NCBI GenBank assembly: GCA_963772365.1
Contig: CAVYXA010000003.1
Location: forward strand, 768,896-832,895
Origin: an uncultured Verrucomicrobiae bacterium
Lineage (GTDB): Bacteria > Verrucomicrobiota > Verrucomicrobiia > Chthoniobacterales > UBA10450
Reading direction: 5' to 3'
DNA length: 64,000 nucleotides
The notes beneath the pieces are model-generated. The model was not told the origin of the DNA. It ran no database searches and worked only from the letters and a program-made list of their open reading frames with translations. The position numbers and the translations under genes were made by a program. This document shows, in pieces, positions 8,967 to 17,559 of this stretch (the first letter of the stretch is position 1; the number at the start of each line of letters is the position of its first letter).

Positions 8967-10102
8967 TCAGTTATGAACCATCTGACGACTGACGACGGCA
9001 GACTGCAGACTGCTTTCGGACGTCTGGTGACTGTCGTTCGTCGCCTGGGCCCGGGCCTCCAGCGCATCCCGTACCACCCCCACCAGGCCCTCGGCATCCC
9101 GCAGCGCGTTGTGGGCAGGAATCTGCAGCTCGGCCTTCACGTAGTCACGGCCCACCTCGTTGTCGGTGGCGGGACCGGTGATGACGGTAACCGGCAGGTT
9201 GAAGAGGTCCCGCATCAGCGTCACCGAGCCCCAGCAGCCGACCGGGTCAGGAGCGGCCATGACCTAGGCGGCGCCCACCTCCGTCAGCTCCTTGTCGCGA
9301 AGAATGTCCTGCACCCCGTACTCGCCCAGAATGCCATCGCCCAGCTCGGCCAGGATCACGTCCGGCTTGGAGACCGCCAGCCGGTTGATGATACCCTTGG
9401 CGGAGCTCACAGAGAGCCCGGCCCGGGTGGTGGCGATACCGATGTCATTGAAGGTCAGGGCGGTAATGGCGCCGGCATCGAGCATCGAGAGCGAGTCACG
9501 CATGAGCGAGACACCGGTGAGCTTGGTGGCGGCCACCTTGAGCCCGGAACGCGAAAGGCCCCGGACCAGCTCGGTCGCCGCGACCGTCTTGCCGGCGTTC
9601 ATGCAGGTGCCCGCCACATAGACCACCGGCACCTGGGACTCCAGCCGGTCCGCCGTCGGCACCGCGTGATCCTTGATATGCGCCGGCCGGCCAATCCGAT
9701 CGCCCAGCTCGGGAAACTCAGAATCGCGCCGAGCACCTCGGCCTTGAAAGGCGCACCGTTTTCCGGGTTGCTCGAGGTGCACTTGCCGAGAATCCCGCCC
9801 AGGTTGAGCACCTCGATGGTATCACCCACCGCGATGTGGCTGGGCACCACCCCGGCGTAGCCCCGAAGCGCCCGGCGATGACCCAGGGTGCCGGCGAGAA
9901 CGTCACCCGCCCGGAGGGAAACCATTCGGCCGGTCCGGTCCTCCACCGTGTTGTAGCTCGGCTTGTCGTGGAGTATCCGCACGGCCAGCACATAGCCTTC
10001 CGCGGCGACGATCTCGTCTCCGATGATCACCTCGGTGCTCAACTGCGCGTTCCGCGTGCTGGAGGAAATGCGGTCGAGGCGGATACGGGTGGTCTTGACC
10101 AT
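8967..10102 (-). CDS. DUF1611/DgcN-like P-loop protein inside the arg operon (one frameshift, one in-frame TAG)
   Basis: ORFs 9599-10102, 9264-9782 and 8967-9260 join into one protein of about 375 aa with VAGTCMNAGKT, KLTG, AELGDG and GPATDN motifs. Confidence 0.7.
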
Positions 10103-10132
10103 GGGGTGCTCCTTCGAGTGTATCGTGTGCCG

Positions 10133-11320
10133 TCAGCCGTCTGCCGTCAGCCCGGCCCTGCTGGCCAGCAACTCCGGGATCGCGCTGACCCGGGAGAATG
10201 CCCTGGCTTCTTCGCCGGTCCAGAGCCGGTTCTCCTCACCGTAGGTCGCCACACGCTGGTCCATCATCGACCAGAGACTCCGGGTGCCGACCACCTGGAA
10301 CCGCCCGGGCGCGAGATGGACCCGGATTTCGCCGGTGACCCGCTGCTGGCTCGAGGTGATCAGCGCCTCGATGTCCCGCAGTGCCGGATCGAAGTAGTGG
10401 CCCTCATGCAGCCGGTCGCCGTAGAACCGGGACAGCTGGTCCTTCCAGAAGGCTTGCCACTTGGTGAGGACCAGCTTCTCCAGTTCGCGGTGGGCCGCAA
10501 TCAAGAGCAGCGCGGCGCCGGCCTCGAACCCGATCCGGCCCTTGATGCCGAGCGCGGTCTCGCCCACGTGAATGCCGCGGCCGAAGCCGAAGCTCGCCCA
10601 AATCGCCGATCTGGCGGATCAGCTCGGGCCCCGACAACTGCCGACCATCGAGCGAAACCGGAATGCCCTGTTCCCAGCCCAGCACGATCTCGGCAGCGGC
10701 AGGCGCGCTGGCCGGGGGATCGAGCAGCTCGGCCGGAGGGCCGGCCCAGGTGTCGTGGGTCCAGCCTCCCCCCAGGTGGTACCCCAGAGCCCGCGGTTGA
10801 TGGAGTAGGCCCCGGCCTTGGGCGGCACCGGAAGCTGGCGGGACTCGAGGAACGCGATGGCCTGTTCCCGCCGGAGACCCAGCTCCCGGATCGGGGTGAG
10901 GATCTCGAGTTCCGGCGCCAGCACCCGGAAGGCGATGTCGAACCGTACCTGGTCGTTCCCGGCGCCGGTGGACCCGTGGGCGATGGCGGTGGCGCCGATC
11001 CGGCGAGCCGCCTCGATCACCGAGATGGCCTGCTGGGTCCGCTCCGCCGCCACCGAGAGCGGGTAGACCTCGCCCCGGAGGACGTTTCCCTGAATCAGGT
11101 AGCGGACAAAGCGATCGAAGACCGCCTGCCGGGCGTCGAGCGTGTGATGCTGCAGCGCCCCGACGGCCCGGGACTGCTCCGCGATGGCGGCCAGCTCGGC
11201 CGGCGTGGCACCGCCGGTATCGACGTAGACCGTATGCACCGCCCATCCCTGGTCGGCCAGGTAGGGCACACAGAAGGAGGTATCCAGACCGCCGGAGAAG
11301 GCGAGGACGAGAGTCTTCAT
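10133..11320 (-). CDS. argG: Argininosuccinate synthase, frameshifted
   Basis: VLAFSGGLDTS, YPLS, AHGSTGAGNDQVRF, YSINRGLWG, IKGRIGFEA. Confidence 0.93.
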
Positions 11321-11356
11321 TTGGATAAGTATGCACTATGCAAAAACGAATTGCAA
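11321..11356 (-). promoter_or_regulatory. Sigma70-type promoter of argG overlapped by an ARG-box-like palindrome
   Basis: Minus strand reads TTGCAA-N17-CATACT-N7-ATG. TGCATACTTATCCA (11322-11335) is one mismatch from TGCATAnnTATGCA. Confidence 0.6.
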
Positions 11357-11528
11357 GTGCGCCCTGTCACCTTCCCGTTTCGCGCTTCCTCGCCATCTTG
11401 AGCCTGCCCTTCAGGTGAGCGGCAAACGGTGACGGGTGAACGGTCACCGGTTTCAGGGACCGTTCACCATGCCATCCCCCGTTCCCCGTTCCCCGTTCAC
11501 CGTTCACCCAGTCTTCAAGGACCCTGCC

Positions 11529-11762
11529 ATGTGTCCAGATGATCCCGATTTTTCGGACGTCAGCGGAGGCGCCAGCTCCGCCGCCGATGCCAGGAAGGGC
11601 CGTACCCATACCGTCGCCAAAGGCGAAAGCCTCTCCAAGATCGCCCGCCAGTATTACGGCGACGTCAAGCTGTGGAAGAAGATCTACGAGGCCAACAAGG
11701 ACACCATCAAGAATCCCGACCTGATCTTTCCGGGCCAGGTCATCAAGATCCCCGACGCCTGA
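11529..11762 (+). CDS. Small LysM domain protein
   Basis: HTVAKGESLSKIARQYYGD..WKKIYEANKDTIKNPDLIFPGQVIKIP. Confidence 0.9.
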   Translation: MCPDDPDFSDVSGGASSAADARKGRTHTVAKGESLSKIARQYYGDVKLWKKIYEANKDTIKNPDLIFPGQVIKIPDA

Positions 11763-11778
11763 GCCCAAGGAGCTTTCC

Positions 11779-12270
11779 ATGTTCAAATTCCGCACCCTGC
11801 GCGCCGCCGCCGTCACCGGCCTGACCGCGTCACTGCTGCTCACCCTCGGCGCCTGCAAGAAGAAGGAAGCCGCAACCCAGACCGACCAGTCCACCTCCGC
11901 CGCGGCTCCGGCTCCGATCCCTGCTCCGCCGCTGCCGCTCGCTGTGGCCAGCGTGGAAATGGGCAAGGCGATCACCGCCGACAACAAAGTCGCCAATGCC
12001 ACCACCTCGTTCGGCGTCAGGGACACGATCTACGCCGTGGTGAATACCTCGGGCGGCGGCAGCGGGACCCTGCAGGCAAAGTGGAGCTTCGTGAAAGGCT
12101 CCGGCGGGACGGTCCCGGTGAACGAGAGCTCGATGTCGATATCTCCCACCGGCGCGCAGGCCACCGAGTTTCACGTTGCCAAGGCAACCGCCTGGCCCAA
12201 GGGGAAGTACCAGGTCGAGATCTCCTTGAACGGAGCTTCAGCCGGCGTGACGGAGTTTGAGGTGAAGTGA
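11779..12270 (+). CDS. Hypothetical lipoprotein with Ig-like domain
   Basis: SD AAGGAG, lipobox LGAC, Pro/Ala linker, C-terminal WPKGKYQVEISLNG. Confidence 0.85.
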   Translation: MFKFRTLRAAAVTGLTASLLLTLGACKKKEAATQTDQSTSAAAPAPIPAPPLPLAVASVEMGKAITADNKVANATTSFGVRDTIYAVVNTSGGGSGTLQAKWSFVKGSGGTVPVNESSMSISPTGAQATEFHVAKATAWPKGKYQVEISLNGASAGVTEFEVK

Positions 12271-12288
12271 CGCTTGGCCGAGGCCAAC

Positions 12289-12550
12289 CGTCATCCCGAG
12301 GGGAGCGGTGCAACCGAGGGATCTCTGCGAACGAGCAGCGGAGCCCTCGGTTGGCTGGGGATGACACGTCGGCCGTCCTTCGGACGGCTGGAGATCCCTC
12401 ACTTCGCTCGGGATGACACGTCAGCCGTCCTTCGGACGGCTGGAGATCCCTCACTTCGCTCGGGATGACACGTCAGCCGTCCTTCGGACGGCTGGAGATC
12501 CCTCACTTCGCTCGGGATGACACGTCAGCCGTCCTTCGGACGGCTGACGT
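12289..12550. repeat. Composite palindromic repeat: about 3.6 copies of a 52-bp unit plus an inverted REP-like arm
   Basis: GAGATCCCTCACTTCGCTCGGGATGACACGTCAGCCGTCCTTCGGACGGCTG starts at 12391, 12443 and 12495, with a partial copy from ~12358. Inverted arm GTCATCCCGAG..GAGGGATCTC at ~12290-12325. Confidence 0.92.
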
Positions 12551-13648
12551 GCTGACCACCGTTCGGCGATAAGCCGTACCACCTCCGACAGACCAACCAC
12601 ATCCCGCAGGTCGATCACTTCGACCGGTGAGTGGGCATAGCGAAGCGGCCAGCCGATCGGCACATCGGGAACACCCCACGGGGCGAAGACGGATCTCGTC
12701 ATTGCCACCGCTGGTGGCGCCGGTCTGGATCGGTTGTCCCGCCACTCTCGAGAGGACCACCACACTGTCGACCAGCGCCGGCGGCGTGACCGAGCTGTTG
12801 TCCAGCGCCCGCACCACCGGCCCCTTGCCGAGCAGGGCCACCCCATAGTTGGTAAGCTCGAGCGGCGAGTCGGCCGAGACGAAGGTATCGATGGCGTGGA
12901 CCCGGGCCGGCGTGATCCCGAGCGCTTCGGCCACCGCCCTGGCCCCTTCGAGTCCAACCTCCTCCCGGACACTGAAGACGAAAATCACCTGGTGCCGCAG
13001 GCGAGCGGGGTCCAGTCGACGTAAGGCGATCAGCAGGGCCGCGCATCCGACCCGATCGTCGAACGAGCGGCCGGTCGCCTTGTAGCCGGCGAGGCGGGTG
13101 TACTCCTTCGGGCTGGTAATGGTGTTCCCGACCTTGATCCCGAGCGCTTCGGTGCCGGCCCTGGTGCCGGTACCCGGATCGACCACGGGGGGCCCCGACG
13201 CACGCCGGACGTTGGAGCCGGCCGAGTCTCGAGGAAGGAAGACCGCCGGAACACTGCCATTGTCGGTGTGAATCAGGGCCGGCCTGCCCTCCCACATCGA
13301 GCTGTACATCCCCCCCTTGGTCGACAGCTCCAGCTTGCCGTCATCGCGGATACTGGTGATCTGAAAGCCGATTTCGTCCATGTGCGCCATCAGGACGACC
13401 GGGGCACCACCGCGACCAGCCCGGACCCAGAGGTTCCCCGCCGCATCGGTTTCGGGTGTAGCCCACTTCGGCAGCTGGGAGATGATGAACTGGCGAACAT
13501 GCCCCTCCTCGCCCGACACCCCGTAACTCTCGACCAGCTGCCTGAGCAGTCGCTCGGCCGCGGCGACGCGGGCGGATTCCTGCGCCATCAGCGGCGCCGA
13601 TACGGTCAGGCTGATAGCAAGCAGGCCCGCTCCGACGATGGATTTCAT
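12550..13648 (-). CDS. M42 family (TET-like) metallopeptidase with signal peptide; frameshift near the 3' end, end approximate
   Basis: AHMDEIG, SFDDRVG, VREEVG, AIDT, GGND, and YAHSPVE in the adjacent frame. Confidence 0.88.
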
Positions 13649-14583
13649 TCGCCACCCCGGATCCGGAAGGTGAGTCCCCGTTCCAGCGTGGCCACTTCCC
13701 GGAGCGACACGGTTTCGACCGGGCTGCCGAGATAGCGCACCGGGAGGAGCCAGGTCTCGAAACTGGTCATGGTAACCGGGTCGGGCGATGCCTTGCTCCC
13801 GAGCCGGTCACTCCCCCCACCGGCTTCGAGCAGAAGCGCATCGGTGAACGGACCCAGGTTCCGCCCCACCGTCAGGAGGCCCCGGCGGGTGAACAGTTGT
13901 TCGACCACGAAGGCGATGACGACAGAGCCCCGCGCCGGCGACGTCGTCTGGGCTGCCCGGATCAGGGCGGCACAGGCCGCCCGTCTCCCAGCCGATGGCG
14001 CGGCCAGCAGCGAATCGGCGTAGTTGAGTGGCTTCTTGTACAGCGCGACCGGGGCCAGAACCTTAATGCCCAGCGCGGCCACCTGGGCTGTGCCGTCGGC
14101 GCCGACATCGACCACCGCCTCGTCCACGCTGAACGGGGTGTCGGGCTGGGGCGGCCGGCCATTGGTGAGGTGAATCGACTTCACACCCACGACGCCGGGG
14201 ATCGCTCCCCGGCTCCCCCAAATGGTCACCCGGGCGCCCTCCAGTTGTTGATCAGTCAGGCCACCGCGGGACCGGCCGACCCGTCGCAGGGTGAGAAATC
14301 CGTCGGGGCGAATCCCCCCGACCACGTACCCCGGCTCGTCGATCGCGCAGGCGATCAGCGACCGCGGTTCACCCGTCCCCAGCACCAGCACCACGTTTCC
14401 GGCGCGATCCTTCTTCGCACCCGGCAGCAGTGAGATGAGTGTGTCGGCCAACCGCTGCTCGTAGCCCGAGACGGCGGTCATCGCGGCGAAGCGTCCGGCC
14501 AGATTCTTGAGTGGGGGTGGTTCCTGGGCCTGCAGTGGGGCGGCCATGAGAGCCAGCGCCGGGAGAAGCCATCGCAAAGTCAT
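13645..14583 (-). CDS. M42 peptidase homologue lacking metal ligands, with signal peptide
   Basis: VSGYE, DRAGN, IDEPG, SIHL, VDVGA and SPVE scaffold motifs are present. The ligand residues are substituted. Confidence 0.8.
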   Translation of the reverse strand: MTLRWLLPALALMAAPLQAQEPPPLKNLAGRFAAMTAVSGYEQRLADTLISLLPGAKKDRAGNVVLVLGTGEPRSLIACAIDEPGYVVGGIRPDGFLTLRRVGRSRGGLTDQQLEGARVTIWGSRGAIPGVVGVKSIHLTNGRPPQPDTPFSVDEAVVDVGADGTAQVAALGIKVLAPVALYKKPLNYADSLLAAPSAGRRAACAALIRAAQTTSPARGSVVIAFVVEQLFTRRGLLTVGRNLGPFTDALLLEAGGGSDRLGSKASPDPVTMTSFETWLLPVRYLGSPVETVSLREVATLERGLTFRIRGGE

Positions 14584-14678
14584 GTTTCTCTCTTCCGTGG
14601 TGTATGCCACGTGATACCGCGAAAACGGTCCCGCGTCTTCGCGTTGATTTCCCAGAGGGTTGCGCTTCCTATGACTCT

Positions 14679-15140
14679 CTATTCCCCACGCTTCCGGCGA
14701 ATGTAGATGGTCTTGGTGCATATCGCGTGGACCAGGCCCTCCGCGTCTTTCAGTGCGATCTCGAAATCACGGTTGACCTTCCCGGCCTGCTCCACCGCGA
14801 CCCTGATCTCCTCGGTGACCGTCTCGGGGACCGTCATTGTGGCGTACAGGGTACTCCGACCCGGGCGGAGGTACCGGATGGTGGCGGCGCGATCCCACAC
14901 GATGTACTCCGGGCCGAGCAGGCGGATCAACATCACCATGTAGATCGGGTCGACCGCCCCGAACATGCTTCCGCCGTAGATGGTGCCCACGTAGTTGCGG
15001 GTCCGCCAGGACAGCGGGACCCGGATCCGGACCTCGCGCCAGTCGGCCGCGATATAGTCTATCCGGCCACCAGTGCCGCGATAGGCCGGAAAGAAATTGA
15101 ACCCCCAACGGGTGAGTCGGCTTCGATGGGATTCGGCCAT
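14679..15140 (-). CDS. DUF4442/PaaI-like hotdog-fold thioesterase
   Basis: FNFFPAYRGTGG, NYVGTIYGGSMFGAVDP, IVWDRAATIRYLRPG. Confidence 0.88.
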   Translation of the reverse strand: MAESHRSRLTRWGFNFFPAYRGTGGRIDYIAADWREVRIRVPLSWRTRNYVGTIYGGSMFGAVDPIYMVMLIRLLGPEYIVWDRAATIRYLRPGRSTLYATMTVPETVTEEIRVAVEQAGKVNRDFEIALKDAEGLVHAICTKTIYIRRKRGE

Positions 15141-15187
15141 GCAGGCACGGTTGGGTCTTGCAAGACGGATAGCTGCACCTGACCGCT

Positions 15188-17518
15188 CTATTCTACCACG
15201 AATTCCACTTCATCCCTGAACCGGCCGGCTTCGGCCCTGATCTTGTGGGTGCCTGAGGTCAGCTTCCAGCGCTCCCCGGTGCTCGGGCGACCGTCGACAA
15301 ACCAGCGGACCGGCCGGCCGCCGGGAGCCCCGGTGGCCCTGAGCGCGATGGTGGCATAACTGGCCTCGACGCCCGGCGGAATGCGGTATCGGTCGCCGGA
15401 CTCGGGGGAGATGATCCGAAACCGTTCTCCGTTCCCCGTTCCGCGTTCCCCGTTGATTCCTGGCAACAACGGTGATTCCAGAGAGACCGGCTGCGACATA
15501 GTAGGTTCCGGCCTCTCGGTCGGGGAACGCGGAACGGGGAACGCGGAACGATTCGCCGCGCTCCACTCCGCATACTCCCCCGGGAGCTTCACTTCGCCAT
15601 GGTCATGCCAGCTGCAGGTCGCGGTCGGCACCGTCCCCGGCACGAAGTACTCCGTCATTCTGGGACACTCTTCGTTCGCCAGTTGCCCCGACACCCGGCA
15701 GATCGTCGCCGCGACCAGCCCACCCTCGGCGGGGGTGAGGAGATCTCCGGGGGCGAACCTCCTGGCCGTGACCAGCACTGCCCGGTGGAGCAGCGGGCCG
15801 GCGCCGGAGACGCCGCTGACGCCATCCATCGGCTGACCACTGAAGTTGCCGACCCACACCCCGACCGTGAACCTGCCGGTGGTCGCCACCGCCCAGTTGT
15901 CGGTGAAGTGCCGGCTGGTGCCGGTCTTGGCTGCTGCCCGGAAGGGCCAGTCGAAGGGCGAGGTCAGCCCGAACCCGGGGATTCGGGCCACCGGATCGGT
16001 CAGGATATCCAGCGCCAGCGCCGCGGCTCCCTTCGAGACCACCCGTCGGGAAACCAGGTCACCGGCCGGACGGCCGGCCTGGTCCGCCCAGTAGCTCACC
16101 GGAGTCCACTCACCCCCATTCGCCAGAGCACGATAGCCATTCGCCAGTTCAAGCAGTGTGACATCGCCGTTCCCCAGCGCCAGCCCCAGCCCGTAGTGCT
16201 CCGGCGCCCGGGTGAGCGACGCGAAGCCCGCCTGACGGAGACCGTAGAGCAGGGTGGCGTAACCGATCCGATCGGCCAGGGTGACGGCCGGAATGTTGAA
16301 CGAGCTGGCCAGGGCCTCCCGGGCGCGCACCGGTCCGTGGTAGCGCCGGTCGTAGTTCCGGGGATGATACGGTCCGCTCGAGGTCTGGTAGGTGGTCGAG
16401 ATATCAGACAGGATCGTGGCCGCCGTGGCGCCTCGATCGAAAGCCATGGCATAGAGGAACGGTTTGAGCGAGGAGCCCGGCTGCCGGGGACTGATCACCA
16501 TGTCGACCTGGCCCGAGGTATCGGACCAGAAATCGGGTGAGCCGACCCAGGCGAGGATCTCTCCGGTCGGGTTGTCGAGTACCACGACCGCTCCGTGCCG
16601 GGCGCCCTGGTCCTTGAGCTGGCTCACCGTGTGCCGCACCTCGTCTTCCAGTTCCTCCTGTAGTCCGAGGTCGATGGAGGTGCGCCAGCTTCCGGTGATC
16701 GGCCGGCCCGACCCTTCGGCCCACTGGAGCAGATGGCTGGTGAAATGCGGCGCCAGGAAGGGGCGCCCCCGCCCCTCACCCAACAGTGGCTCCTGTTTCG
16801 CCCGCTGTTCCTCCGCCCGCGTGAGGTAGCCTTCGCGGACCAGCGCCTCGAGTCCCTCCGTCCGCCGCTCCACCGCGCGGTGAGGATCGACCAGCGGGTT
16901 CTGACTCGACGGCGCCCGCGCCAGCGCGGCCAGCAGGGCTGCCTGACCGAGACTCGCCTCCCCGGGTGAGCCGCCGAAGTAGAGCCGCGTCGCGGCCGTC
17001 ACCCCCACAGTGCCCTGCCCCAGGGGAACCCGGTTGAGGTACTGCTCGAGAATCTGGTTCTTGCTCAGATGCGCCTCGAGCCGGAAGGCCCACATGGTCT
17101 GGACCGCCTTGTCGAGCCACCCCCGACCCACCGGATGGACCAGCCGGGCCAGCTGCATGGTGATCGTCGAGGCGCCGGACACCACCCGCATACGCACCAG
17201 GTTGTCACGCACCGCCCGCAGCACCGCTCGAGGGTCGACCCCGTAATGCCGATAGAACCGCCGGTCTTCCACCGCCACGAAGGCTCGAGGGAGGTCCGGA
17301 TCGATCTTTTCGAGCGGAGTCCAGGTGGCGAGGCTGCCGTCCCCCGCCCGGGTACTCCGCAGCAGCTCTCCGTGCCGGTCTTCGATCGTCAGGCTCTGCT
17401 GGTGACTCGGCGCCAGCAGGTCGGCGGGAAGGGGACGCGCGATCCAAACCCCGGCGGATACTGCCGGGATTCCGACTGCCATCATCAGCGTCAGGAACCA
17501 CTTTCCCCGCTTAGTCAT
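15188..17518 (-). CDS. pbpC: Penicillin-binding protein 1C
   Basis: Transglycosylase EDRRFYRH, GASTITMQLAR. Transpeptidase SSLK, SFN, KTGTS. C-terminal BiPBP-like domain. Directly downstream of alpha-2-macroglobulin. Confidence 0.92.
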   Translation of the reverse strand: MTKRGKWFLTLMMAVGIPAVSAGVWIARPLPADLLAPSHQQSLTIEDRHGELLRSTRAGDGSLATWTPLEKIDPDLPRAFVAVEDRRFYRHYGVDPRAVLRAVRDNLVRMRVVSGASTITMQLARLVHPVGRGWLDKAVQTMWAFRLEAHLSKNQILEQYLNRVPLGQGTVGVTAATRLYFGGSPGEASLGQAALLAALARAPSSQNPLVDPHRAVERRTEGLEALVREGYLTRAEEQRAKQEPLLGEGRGRPFLAPHFTSHLLQWAEGSGRPITGSWRTSIDLGLQEELEDEVRHTVSQLKDQGARHGAVVVLDNPTGEILAWVGSPDFWSDTSGQVDMVISPRQPGSSLKPFLYAMAFDRGATAATILSDISTTYQTSSGPYHPRNYDRRYHGPVRAREALASSFNIPAVTLADRIGYATLLYGLRQAGFASLTRAPEHYGLGLALGNGDVTLLELANGYRALANGGEWTPVSYWADQAGRPAGDLVSRRVVSKGAAALALDILTDPVARIPGFGLTSPFDWPFRAAAKTGTSRHFTDNWAVATTGRFTVGVWVGNFSGQPMDGVSGVSGAGPLLHRAVLVTARRFAPGDLLTPAEGGLVAATICRVSGQLANEECPRMTEYFVPGTVPTATCSWHDHGEVKLPGEYAEWSAANRSAFPVPRSPTERPEPTMSQPVSLESPLLPGINGERGTGNGERFRIISPESGDRYRIPPGVEASYATIALRATGAPGGRPVRWFVDGRPSTGERWKLTSGTHKIRAEAGRFRDEVEFVVE

Positions 17519-17559
17519 AGCCTGCGCTTCCCCGTTCCAGTCCTCTCGGCACGGCGAGA

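Noticed and set aside
9264..9266. Programmed amber readthrough (pyrrolysine or recoding) in the DUF1611-like gene
   Set aside because: It is a single in-frame TAG in error-rich sequence. TAG is a normal stop elsewhere in this fragment and there are no pyl genes. A TAC-to-TAG error is simpler.
12358..12550. CRISPR array
   Set aside because: The units are identical tandem 52-mers with no unique spacers, and no cas genes are present.
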